NCBI GenBank assembly: GCA_021650915.1
Contig: CP091279.1
Location: 2,130,001 to 2,162,000, forward strand
Length of the DNA stretch: 32,000 nucleotides
From: Candidatus Brocadia sp.
GTDB taxonomy: Bacteria; Planctomycetota; Brocadiia; Brocadiales; Brocadiaceae
Direction of reading: 5' to 3'
The position numbers and the translations under genes are program-made. This document shows positions 12,465-21,521 of this stretch, piece by piece (within the stretch, counting starts at the first letter, position 1; the number at the start of each line of letters is the position of its first letter). The notes under the pieces are model-generated. The model made no database searches. It was not told the origin of the DNA and saw only the letters and a program-made list of their open reading frames with translations.

Positions 12465-13871
12465 GTGTCAATGACTTTCTGCCATCGGGTGTTTGCGGAT
12501 TGGCTCTCGAAAACTCTTCCCGGAAAAAGTATGTTTTATTATATCCTTTCCCCTCATCGGCTCCTGCTGATTGGTTTTATTACAATCATCCTCGCAGGTT
12601 CTCTTCTCCTGACCCTGCCTGTAGCTTTGGCAAGGGGTACGGGTGAGTCACAGCCATTCATTGATGCCTTGTTTACCGCGACCTCTGCTGTCTCCACGAC
12701 GGGGTTAACCCTGGTTGATGTAGGCAGTTTTTATTCCCTCTTTGGACAGATCGTTATTCTCACTCTCGTCCAAATAGGAGGATTAGGATACATGATCTTT
12801 ATCGTTCTGGTCATGTCGGGGCTTGGCATCCGTCTGTCCCTGAGCGGAAAATTAATCCTGCAGGAATCGCTGACCAGTCCACCGTATGAAGAAGTGCTCC
12901 GGTTTAGCAAGATGGTCGTCTTTGTCACGTTTGCGTTCGAGTTTTTAGGTGCTGCCGTTTTAAGTCTGTATTGGATGAAAGACTTTTCTGTACAACATGC
13001 CATCTATCTGGGGATATTTCATTCCGTTTCTGCCTTTTGTACTGCCGGTTTCAGCCTGTTTCCCGACAATCTCTGCTCGTGCCGTGACAGTATGGTGATA
13101 AACATAACCATTGACGCCCTTTGTATCAGTGGTAGTATCGGATTCGTGGTATTGTATGATATCTATTATGCGATCTTTGGGAAACTGAAGGAGGATGAGC
13201 CGCCGAAGCGACTCCTGGTTCATACAAAACTGGTGTTGCTTATGCTTCCAGCGCTTTTCATGATAGGCTTCCTGATGGTATTCATTTCTGAATGGTCAAC
13301 TCCATTATCATGGAAAGACAGGCTTTTGACCTGTGCATTCCAGGTCATATCCGCTTCAACCACTACGGGCTTCAATACCGTGGAAACGGGGGCAATGAAA
13401 ACGCTGGGGTTAGCTTCGGTGATTTTCCTTATGTACATTGGCGCTTCTCCTGGTGGTACTGGCGGCGGTGTGAAAACCACAACCTTCGGGTTGTCGATTT
13501 CATCAGTTATCTCCGTTATATCTCAGCACGACGAATTAATCGTATTCGGCAGGCACATCTCTTCCAGGGTAAAGGACAAGGCTCTTGCCATCTGTGCCAT
13601 TGCCCTGTTGCTTATCATGCTGGACGTCTTCATTTTGTCCGTAACAGAAAAGGCGTCTTTCATGGAAATAGTCTTCGAAACGGTCTCCGCATTTGGGACG
13701 GTAGGGCTCTCGGCAGGTATTACCGCCTCGTTAAGTGTAACGGGGAAGGCAGTTCTTTTAACGACCATGCTTATAGGCAGAGTTGGTCCGCTTGCAGTCG
13801 GGTATTCCATCAGGGGTAAATGCAGGATTGTCCCGGTTAAGTACCCTGAAGGTGTGATGTTGGTTGGGTAA
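12465..13871 (+). CDS. ktrB: K+ uptake system membrane subunit, TrkH/KtrB family
   Basis: 468-aa polytopic ORF. N-terminus SPHRLLLIGFITIILAGSLLLTLP and DALFTATSAVSTTGL, with repeated selectivity-filter-like segments (ASTTTGFNTV, GASPGGTGGGVKTTTF, AFGTVGLS). Confidence 0.9.
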   Translation: MSMTFCHRVFADWLSKTLPGKSMFYYILSPHRLLLIGFITIILAGSLLLTLPVALARGTGESQPFIDALFTATSAVSTTGLTLVDVGSFYSLFGQIVILTLVQIGGLGYMIFIVLVMSGLGIRLSLSGKLILQESLTSPPYEEVLRFSKMVVFVTFAFEFLGAAVLSLYWMKDFSVQHAIYLGIFHSVSAFCTAGFSLFPDNLCSCRDSMVINITIDALCISGSIGFVVLYDIYYAIFGKLKEDEPPKRLLVHTKLVLLMLPALFMIGFLMVFISEWSTPLSWKDRLLTCAFQVISASTTTGFNTVETGAMKTLGLASVIFLMYIGASPGGTGGGVKTTTFGLSISSVISVISQHDELIVFGRHISSRVKDKALAICAIALLLIMLDVFILSVTEKASFMEIVFETVSAFGTVGLSAGITASLSVTGKAVLLTTMLIGRVGPLAVGYSIRGKCRIVPVKYPEGVMLVG

Positions 13872-14049
13872 TGGCCGTTTCTCCCTTTTTGTTTTGCTTA
13901 GTTAAGGCTATTGTGTTATTTTTATTTTTGCAGTTGTCCATGTTTCTGATTTTGTTATGGCGCTTTCATGGTTTTCCATAAACCAGCGTGGGTAAAAAAG
14001 AAAATTTTTTGCGAAGGCAGAGGGCACGGATAAAGTTGCGTACTGAGAT

Positions 14050-14742
14050 ATGAGACAGTTTGCGGTAATTGGATTAGGAAGATTTGGCCGCAAGGTCGCG
14101 GAAACCCTGGCAAAAAAAGGCGCTCCCGTTATTGCGATTGACCGCGAGCCGGAATTGGTTGGGAAGGTGAGTGATTTTGTAACCAAAGCGGTGCAAATCG
14201 ACAGTACCGACGAGAAAGCGCTCATTGCCAGTGGCGTCAAAGACGTTGATGTGGCGGCGGTGTGTATGGGCGAAGACGTTGAGTCAAGCGTCCTCACGAC
14301 GGCCCTTCTGAAAAACCTGAGTATTAACGAAATCGTTGCGCGGGCATCCACCCTCCTTCACGCCCAGATATTAAAGATGGTCGGAGCAACCCGCGTGGTA
14401 TTCCCGGAAGAAGACATGGGTATTCGTGTGGCCAATAGTATCCTTTCGCCGGGTGTGCTGGAGTATATTGAATTGGGGGGCGATTATACCCTTGCAGAAG
14501 TTGAGGCTGAAAGTGAGAGTGTCGGGCGCACCATGAACGAATTGAATCTGAAGACAAAGTATGGGATTAATACCCTGATCGTAAAAAGAAAGGTTTTTGA
14601 GACGGGTGAAAAGACGGAGGAAGTCGTCGGGAAGGAAATGAAGGTGTTGCCCACGTCTGACTATAAGATTCAGGCGGGTGACATCCTCGTGGTTGTTGGC
14701 AACAGCAGGGACATTGAAGCCTTTGAGAAACACATGAAATAA
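14050..14742 (+). CDS. ktrA: K+ uptake system NAD-binding peripheral subunit, TrkA/KtrA family
   Basis: 230-aa ORF. N-terminal Rossmann motif FAVIGLGRFGRKVA (TrkA-N), and a C-terminal TrkA-C-like segment ending GDILVVVG. Size and pairing with the upstream 468-aa subunit fit KtrAB. Confidence 0.9.
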   Translation: MRQFAVIGLGRFGRKVAETLAKKGAPVIAIDREPELVGKVSDFVTKAVQIDSTDEKALIASGVKDVDVAAVCMGEDVESSVLTTALLKNLSINEIVARASTLLHAQILKMVGATRVVFPEEDMGIRVANSILSPGVLEYIELGGDYTLAEVEAESESVGRTMNELNLKTKYGINTLIVKRKVFETGEKTEEVVGKEMKVLPTSDYKIQAGDILVVVGNSRDIEAFEKHMK

Positions 14743-14743
14743 T

Positions 14744-15535
14744 ATGCGAAGTATTGCCCTGACAAACCAAAAAGGGGGAGTGGCAAAGACAACGACCACC
14801 GTGAATCTTGGCGCCTGCCTTGCCCAGATGGGAAAGAGGGTGCTGCTGGTTGATCTGGATCCCCAGGGAAACCTCAGTTCATGGCTTGGGCTGGATATCC
14901 ATAATCTCGAACGGTCCATGTATAATGTATTTTTGGAAGAGGTCTATTTTGAGGAGATTCTTACGAAGACCTGTGTTGAGAACCTGACGCTGGCGCCTTC
15001 CAATGTAGCATTAGCCGGCGTCGAACGGATTCTTGCCCATGAAAAGGGGAGAGACCTTATTTTGCGCAAACGGTTGTCGCCTGTTATCAGTAAGTATGAT
15101 TACATCATGCTGGATTGTCCCCCATCTCTTGGTCTGATAACGATTAATGCGTTGACCTTTGTCAAAGAGGTTTTTATTCCCCTGGAGACAAAAGTACTGG
15201 CCTTAAATGGCCTTGTAACCCTCATGAATACGGTACAAGTGGTCAAAGAGCGGCTGAATCACCACCTGGAGGTGACAGGAATCATTGCCTGTCGCTTTGA
15301 TGGGCGGACAAATCTCAGTAACGAGGTGTATAGCCAGATCAAAGATCGGTTTAAGGAGAAGGTATTTAATACTATCATCAGGGAAAATACCCGCCTGGCA
15401 GAATGTCCCATTTCCGGCAAGCCGATCACCCTGTATGCACCAGACAGCCCCGGCGCAGTCGATTACACGAATTTGGCAAAAGAGGTATTGGAACGGGAAA
15501 AGAATGGAGCCTCACCGGATCGTACCCCTCTTTGA
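14744..15535 (+). CDS. parA: ParA/Soj/MinD-family P-loop ATPase (no ParB partner in window)
   Basis: 263-aa ORF with the deviant Walker A NQKGGVAKTTTTVNLG, LLVDLDPQGN and IMLDCPPSLG. It starts 1 nt after the ktrA stop. Confidence 0.9.
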   Translation: MRSIALTNQKGGVAKTTTTVNLGACLAQMGKRVLLVDLDPQGNLSSWLGLDIHNLERSMYNVFLEEVYFEEILTKTCVENLTLAPSNVALAGVERILAHEKGRDLILRKRLSPVISKYDYIMLDCPPSLGLITINALTFVKEVFIPLETKVLALNGLVTLMNTVQVVKERLNHHLEVTGIIACRFDGRTNLSNEVYSQIKDRFKEKVFNTIIRENTRLAECPISGKPITLYAPDSPGAVDYTNLAKEVLEREKNGASPDRTPL

Positions 15536-15788
15536 TTTGTTATGACTACGGAATGATTCATGCCATATTTTTCATGAGGTATCTCTGAATGTCACGGCTA
15601 TGAGACATCATGCCGCTTCTCACCCTTTTCTGCTGGTAGTAATGTTCCCCTTGTCTCGTAGCGAAGCCACCGGTTACCCTTGATAGCTGCGTCCGATATC
15701 CCACAAGCTTAATGAATAATGGATGGCTTGCAAATGAAGGAAGCATCCTGCGCCGTATCACGATAACGCTCATGATGAAATCTACCGG

Positions 15789-15804
15789 TGGTATCTATTT
15801 TGCT
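15789..15804 (+). promoter_or_regulatory. candidate sigma54 (-24/-12) promoter upstream of the binding-protein/kinase genes
   Basis: TGGTATCTATTTTGCT has GG (15790-15791) and GC (15802-15803) separated by exactly 10 nt. It matches TGG-N9-TTGCT of the consensus TGGCAC-N5-TTGCW. It is correctly oriented, about 215 nt upstream of the 16020 start. Confidence 0.35.
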
Positions 15805-16019
15805 ACTATAGTCTTTTATTGGCAATATCCTGAAGACGCAAATCGTATCTGGTTTTAGCCTCTTATGTTATGCTGATATCGGTATTTTTCTTAAAGACGA
15901 ATGCTCTTTGTGTCATAGACGTTGTCCGTTGTGTATGAGGTTTATACGTCTCTTGAGAATCTGGAAAAAAGAGATCAGGACGTATGGTATTATTTCATAA
16001 AAGGTGCATGTATTAATAC

Positions 16020-17054
16020 ATGGTGAATCAGAGGCGGCAGAGAAAACAAATTTCTGGTCGTTTTTTAGTAAGTCATGGGACTACCAAACTCTTTTGGTAT
16101 ATGCTTTTATTTACAACTTCTTTTTCAATAACCAGCCCCATGGTAACTGCCGGTCAAAAAGGCACACCCCCTTTGCAGACCAAGGTTTACAGCAATGTCG
16201 CCATTGTAATCCGGAGTCAGCAAATCGCTGCTTACAATGAAGTAATCAAAAGTTTTGAAGAAGAATGTAAAGAAAGAAATATCACCGTAAAGGCAATTTA
16301 TGACCTGAAAGGTGATCCGGAAGAGAGTAAAAGGATTGTTTATGCCGTCAGGAATGACAAACAAAAACCTCATCTCGTACTGGCGGTAGGTGTGCTTGCG
16401 GCAACCCTTGCAAAAGATCAATTTGCCGATATTCCGGTTATTTTTTGTATGGTCATCAATCATGACCGTTTTAATTTACAAGGGGCCAATATTACCGGTA
16501 TTTCTGCTGAAGCGCCGTTGGAAGATCAGTTTGCCATTCTGAAAGAGATGCTTGGTTCCCGGAAGCATATCGGAGTTATCTATGATCCAAGAAAGACGGG
16601 GAAAATTATCTCTGATGCATTACAGGCAGCGAAAAAATTTGACATCACTCTCTTAGCGAAAGAGGTGCTGTCGGAGAGAGAAGTTGATTTTGCCCTGAAA
16701 AGCATGATCAGTGACATTGATGCCTTCTGGATAATCCCTGATGGCACGGTAATTACCAAAGAGGCGCTGGATACGATTTTTAAAAGAACCTTAAAAAAGC
16801 GTATTCCTACCTTTTGCACCTCACCCGCAATCGTCAAAGCAGGGGCATTGGTTTCTGTTTCCCCGGATTACATATACACCGGTAAGCAGGCTGCTAATCT
16901 GGCACAAGCATTGTTAAATAACCCGACGATGCTATCGTTAGGGTTGAAACAACCTGACAAACTGAAGATAACTTTCAACACCTCCACAGCGAAGATGATT
17001 GGGGTGAGCCCGACGTTTTTCAAAACCCGTTCTGATGTGGTATTCTATCCCTAA
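16020..17054 (+). CDS. periplasmic ABC-type substrate-binding-like protein (ABC_sub_bind / COG2984 type), probable sensor partner
   Basis: 344-aa ORF with an N-terminal hydrophobic signal/anchor (LFWYMLLFTTSFSITSPMV). The body fits the 'uncharacterised ABC transport system periplasmic component' pattern. No permease or ATPase genes are adjacent; a histidine kinase follows 24 nt downstream. The start codon is uncertain (no clear SD). Confidence 0.75.
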   Translation: MVNQRRQRKQISGRFLVSHGTTKLFWYMLLFTTSFSITSPMVTAGQKGTPPLQTKVYSNVAIVIRSQQIAAYNEVIKSFEEECKERNITVKAIYDLKGDPEESKRIVYAVRNDKQKPHLVLAVGVLAATLAKDQFADIPVIFCMVINHDRFNLQGANITGISAEAPLEDQFAILKEMLGSRKHIGVIYDPRKTGKIISDALQAAKKFDITLLAKEVLSEREVDFALKSMISDIDAFWIIPDGTVITKEALDTIFKRTLKKRIPTFCTSPAIVKAGALVSVSPDYIYTGKQAANLAQALLNNPTMLSLGLKQPDKLKITFNTSTAKMIGVSPTFFKTRSDVVFYP

Positions 17055-17078
17055 AAAATAGCGATTGAGTAATGACCT

Positions 17079-20000
17079 ATGATTGGTATCCGCGCAAAAC
17101 TTATGCTTTTTATGAGCACGTTGGTAATTATCATTAGCACCCTGAGTTGCGTGTTCTTTTTAATTCATGCAAAAAGGCAACAGGAGGAGACGTTGAAAAA
17201 TTTTGGCATGTCCCTTGTCATGCTTCTTGCCCAGGACCACGAAGTGAAATATGCCATGACGTACACCCAGCCGGCATTTCTTGACGCCCCTGTCAAAAGG
17301 ATACGAGCACTTGACCGGGAAGAGGAAATCGGATACTTGCGTATATCAAATGTCCAAACAACCCTGATGGAGGAGAAGACGCCATGGATGGGCATCGATA
17401 TGAAAGAGATTCCTATCCAAAAAGGCAGAGAAAATCAGGAGATACTCTATAGCAATTGCATGCTTGCCTGTTCACAGAAGGCGTTTTACGATTTTTCTCT
17501 GGCAGTGACAGAGGAAAAGACTTTTTCTGAAGAAGCATTTGCCGCACAGGTGCTCGAAGAGATCACGATGAAAGCGGGACAGCATCCCCTGGGTTTTATA
17601 CAAATCGGTTTGTCTTCTCATAAATTGGGCAAGAGGATTCACAGGATTTTTTGGAAAAGTGTTATTCCGCTGGGATTAATTATTATTTCCGGTGGAATAA
17701 GCACTATTATTTTTCTCACGAAGTACCTGGTCTCACCCTTGCGGCAAATGGCAAACGTCACGCTAGATATCGCCAAGGGCGACCTTACTCGTACCGTGGA
17801 CGTCCAGTCATACGATGAAATTGGGCAATTGTCCGTGAATTTCAACAAGATGACCAGGTCGCTGAAGAAATCATATGATGACCTGAAGCAGGAAATTGTG
17901 GAACGCAGGAGGGCTGAGGGATTACTAGGGTTTCGGGTAAAAATCGAAGAGCTTATTGCCGCCATATCGACAAACTTTATCAATCTTCCGCCATCTGAAG
18001 TGGATGCAGGGATAGATCGCGCCCTGCAGCAGATCGGAGAATTTTCTGATGTTGACCGCAGCTATGTCTTTCTTAACACCCCGGACGGAAAGAAGATAGA
18101 CAATACCCACGAGTGGTGCGCCAAAGGGATTCTGCCACAAAAAGAAAACCTTCAGGGGGTATTCGTTGAGCAGTTTCCCTGGGGTATGGAAAAGCTCAGG
18201 CGATTCGAAACACTTCACATCCCCCGGATCAACGATCTCCCAGAAGATGCAAAAGCCGAGAGGGCGCTGCAGCAATCGCAAGAAGTTCAGTCGTGTGTAA
18301 TCGTTCCAATGATTTATGGCGGGTCACTGATGGGACTTTTAGGATTTGATTCGGTGCGCAGAGAAAAGACCTGGACACAGGAAGACATTGCCATGTTAAA
18401 AATGGTGGCGGAAATCTTTGTGAATGCCTTGGAGCACAAGCGCATGGAAGAGGCGCTGCGAAAGGCCAACAGCGAGTTAGAATTGCGCGTTGAAGAACGT
18501 ACTTTAGAACTCTCAAAAACGAATGCAATTCTCAAAGAAGAGATTGTTGAACATAAAAAGGCGCGGGATGCATTGCGGAAGTACGAAATACTCATTTCTG
18601 AAATGACTGATTTGGCTTATATTTGCGACACAGAAGGAAATATCGTATTTGTAAACCCTACCTTTGAAAAACTTACCTCTCACCCACCCGAAGAATTTAT
18701 AGGAAAATCTTTTGCACCTCTCTTTGACGATGAGAACTATAAAAAAGGAATGAGATTTTACACCAATACCCTTGAAGGGGAAAGTCCAAGATTTGAGATT
18801 TATTTCAAAGATACGGGGGTACTGTGTGAATACAATAATATGCCATTACGGGACGATCAGGGAAACATTATTGGAGTAATTGGTATTGCCAGAGATATAA
18901 CTGAACGAAAACGGATGGAAAATATATTGCGGGAAACAAACCAAACCCTTCAAGCCATTATTCTTGCCTCTCCTCTGGCTATCACTGTGCTTGACTCGCG
19001 CGGGTGCGTTAAGATATGGAATCCGTCTGCTGAGCGAATATTTGGTTGGAAGGAACAGGAGGTACTTGGCCACGGCCTTCCCATTGTGTCAAGCGATAAG
19101 CAGCATGAGTTTATTGGCTTGCGTGATCAGGTGTTGCGGGGGGAATCGTTTATGGTGGAGCTATGGAGGCGGAGGAAAGACGGATCTCTTATTAACATCA
19201 GCTTATCGACGGCTCCGCTCTATGGTCACCATGGCAATGTTGAAGGTATCCTGGGAATCATGTCGGATAACACCGAACGGCAAAAAATGATGAACGACTT
19301 ACAGCAGGCAAAGGATTACGCGGAAAATCTTATTGAGACGGCCAATATTATGGTTGTGGAACTTGATGTCATGGGGAATATTCAAATCTTTAACAAGGTT
19401 GCGGAAGAGATCACAGGTTATAAGAAGGAGGAAATTATCGGCAGAAATTGGTTTGAAGTAATTGTGCCAAGAGAGAGAAATCCTTATGTCTGGGAGGAAT
19501 TTAGTCTATGGCAGTCAGGCGGTCCGCTACCAAAGACCATGGAAGCTCCCGTTTTTACAAAATTGGGGAAAAAGAGGTATGTTTCCTGGCAAAACAGTGA
19601 GGTGCGCGAGCAGGGAAAGACTATCGGGACAATTTCCTTTGGAGTCGATATAACCGAGCAAAAGCGAAATAAAGAATTGGTGGAACGCATTCGTCTGATG
19701 GCATTTCTTAAAGATATTGGTATTGCCCTTACTGCCAGTGAACCTTTGCGTGAAATGTTATCCCAGTGCACAGACGCCGTAGTCAGCAACCTTGACGTGG
19801 CATTTACCCGTATATGGACATTCAACGAAAAAGAAAATATCCTGGAATTGCAGGCCAGCTCAGGCAGGTATACCCATATCGATGGCGCTCATGGCCGAAT
19901 TCCCCTTGGAAAATACAAGATTGGTATCATTGCCCGGGATCGTCAGCCACACCTGATAAATTCCGTCATTAACGATCCGCATATCAGTGACAAGGAATGG

Positions 20001-21266
20001 GTGCAGCGGGAAGGTATTGTCGCATTTGCCGGCTATCCTCTGATTGTCAAAGACCGTTTGGTAGGGGTCATAGCGATGTTTGCCCAAAAAACGATTACCG
20101 AGTTTGCTTACAGGGCATTCGTTTCTGCCGGGGATATCATTGCGCTGGGTATCGACCGCAAACAAGCGGAAGAGGCGCTCCGGGCAAGCGAAAGAAAGTA
20201 CAGAATGCTGCTGGAAAATCTTCCTCAGAGGGTATTTTATAAAGATGAGAATTTACGATATGTGTCGTGTAATGAGAATTATGCCCGAGATTTAAAAATT
20301 TCTCCTGATGAAATAGCCGGAAAGACGGATTATGACTTTTACCCGGAGGCGCTTGCGGAAAAATATCGGTCGGATGACAAACGAATCATGATGTTAGAAA
20401 CAACAGAGGATATCGAAGAAAAATATATCCGGGATGGACAAGAATTCACGATCCATACGGTGAAAACCCCTATAAAAGATGAAAAAGGAAAGGTGATTGG
20501 CGTACTTGGTATTTTTTGGGATATTACTGAAAAAATAGCCTTGCAGATGGAAGCAATACGGAGCCGACATCTGGCATCGATCGGTGAGCTTGCTGCAACG
20601 GTAGCTCATGAAATAAACAATCCCATAACGGGTATTATCAACTGTGCCCAGATATTGGTTAATAAGAGTGAAAAAGGAAGCAAGGGGGAGGATATGGGCA
20701 TTCGCATCGTAAAAGAGGGTAAACGGATAGCTGATATCGTAAAAAGTCTTCTCTCTCTTGCCAGGCCGGGTGACAGAAAAGAGCAAAAGGGAGCAGTCTG
20801 TGTTTCTGACATCGTGTCTGACACCCTTGCTCTGGTAGATTCCCAGTTGAAAAAGGACTGCATTGTCCTGGTTCTCAATCTTCCCCACACCTTACCACGG
20901 ATACGCGCACACCATCAGCAAATTCAACAGGTCTTTTTAAATGTAATCAGCAATGCACGATATGCCTTGAATGCCAAATATCCGGGAAGGCATGAAAATA
21001 AAATGCTCGGGATTCGGGGTGAAGCGGTAACTATGGACCATGGTCGTTGGGTAAAGATTACGTTTCATGATACCGGCGCCGGGATACCTTCTGATATTCT
21101 GGATAAGGTAATGAATCCGTTTTTTTCCACGAAACCACGGGGAAAGGGTACGGGACTTGGTTTGAGCATCAGCCACAGCATTGTAAAGGATCATGGCGGT
21201 AAACTTCTGATAGATTCCGTTGAAGGAGAATTTACGGATATAACGATTGTTTTGCCATCAGTGTAA
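17079..21266 (+). CDS. multi-domain sensor histidine kinase (2 TM, HAMP, GAF, 3 PAS, GAF, PAS, HisKA-like, HATPase)
   Basis: 1395-aa ORF. TM1 (LMLFMSTLVIIISTLSCVFFLI) and TM2 (IPLGLIIISGGISTIIFL) flank a ~165-aa extracytoplasmic region. Next are HAMP (PLRQMANVTLDIAKGDLTR...EIGQLSVNFNKMTRSL), GAF and PAS repeats each ending in G(I/V)xxDITE(R/Q/K). The H-box is ASIGELAATVAHEINNPITGI and the ATPase G-box is GKGTGLGLSISHSIVKDHGG. Confidence 0.92.
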   Translation: MIGIRAKLMLFMSTLVIIISTLSCVFFLIHAKRQQEETLKNFGMSLVMLLAQDHEVKYAMTYTQPAFLDAPVKRIRALDREEEIGYLRISNVQTTLMEEKTPWMGIDMKEIPIQKGRENQEILYSNCMLACSQKAFYDFSLAVTEEKTFSEEAFAAQVLEEITMKAGQHPLGFIQIGLSSHKLGKRIHRIFWKSVIPLGLIIISGGISTIIFLTKYLVSPLRQMANVTLDIAKGDLTRTVDVQSYDEIGQLSVNFNKMTRSLKKSYDDLKQEIVERRRAEGLLGFRVKIEELIAAISTNFINLPPSEVDAGIDRALQQIGEFSDVDRSYVFLNTPDGKKIDNTHEWCAKGILPQKENLQGVFVEQFPWGMEKLRRFETLHIPRINDLPEDAKAERALQQSQEVQSCVIVPMIYGGSLMGLLGFDSVRREKTWTQEDIAMLKMVAEIFVNALEHKRMEEALRKANSELELRVEERTLELSKTNAILKEEIVEHKKARDALRKYEILISEMTDLAYICDTEGNIVFVNPTFEKLTSHPPEEFIGKSFAPLFDDENYKKGMRFYTNTLEGESPRFEIYFKDTGVLCEYNNMPLRDDQGNIIGVIGIARDITERKRMENILRETNQTLQAIILASPLAITVLDSRGCVKIWNPSAERIFGWKEQEVLGHGLPIVSSDKQHEFIGLRDQVLRGESFMVELWRRRKDGSLINISLSTAPLYGHHGNVEGILGIMSDNTERQKMMNDLQQAKDYAENLIETANIMVVELDVMGNIQIFNKVAEEITGYKKEEIIGRNWFEVIVPRERNPYVWEEFSLWQSGGPLPKTMEAPVFTKLGKKRYVSWQNSEVREQGKTIGTISFGVDITEQKRNKELVERIRLMAFLKDIGIALTASEPLREMLSQCTDAVVSNLDVAFTRIWTFNEKENILELQASSGRYTHIDGAHGRIPLGKYKIGIIARDRQPHLINSVINDPHISDKEWVQREGIVAFAGYPLIVKDRLVGVIAMFAQKTITEFAYRAFVSAGDIIALGIDRKQAEEALRASERKYRMLLENLPQRVFYKDENLRYVSCNENYARDLKISPDEIAGKTDYDFYPEALAEKYRSDDKRIMMLETTEDIEEKYIRDGQEFTIHTVKTPIKDEKGKVIGVLGIFWDITEKIALQMEAIRSRHLASIGELAATVAHEINNPITGIINCAQILVNKSEKGSKGEDMGIRIVKEGKRIADIVKSLLSLARPGDRKEQKGAVCVSDIVSDTLALVDSQLKKDCIVLVLNLPHTLPRIRAHHQQIQQVFLNVISNARYALNAKYPGRHENKMLGIRGEAVTMDHGRWVKITFHDTGAGIPSDILDKVMNPFFSTKPRGKGTGLGLSISHSIVKDHGGKLLIDSVEGEFTDITIVLPSV

Positions 21267-21457
21267 GGTTTGGATCGGGGGTAATATTAACTCTGCCAGA
21301 GTTTTAAACCCTGACAAGGTTGACTCATGAATTTTGCGCTTTAGATTTTGTCTTTTCCGGTTTGTTTGAGTTTTTGTTTTGAAGGAGGTGAGAAAATGCT
21401 TTTCCGTTGTGAATTATTATCGTGATATCTTTACCCTGGTTCCTTCCTTAATGATAA

Positions 21458-21473
21458 TGGAATAATAATTGCT
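21458..21473 (+). promoter_or_regulatory. candidate sigma54 (-24/-12) promoter upstream of the sigma54 activator gene
   Basis: TGGAATAATAATTGCT has GG (21459-21460) and GC (21471-21472) separated by exactly 10 nt, with the TTGCT -12 element. It lies about 50 nt upstream of the 21522 ATG. The -24 half is AT-rich (TGGAAT rather than TGGCAC). Confidence 0.3.
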
Positions 21474-21521
21474 TCTAATACGCTAATATCTTTTATCTTT
21501 GAGATAGGAAAAGAGGGAAAT

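Noticed and set aside
13908-14351. 147-aa minus-strand ORF spanning the ktrB-ktrA spacer and the start of ktrA.
   Set aside because: It overlaps the ktrA Rossmann-fold region on the opposite strand, is Ser/Thr/Ala-rich and has no recognisable motif.
15558-15773. 71-aa minus-strand ORF in the 484-bp gap after parA. HYYQQKRVRSGMMSHSRDIQRY faintly recalls the NPVRAG...WSS C-terminal motif of IS200/RAYT-type tyrosine transposases.
   Set aside because: The key residues (NP, A, WSS) are all substituted and the N-terminal catalytic part is absent. I cannot support the call without a profile search.
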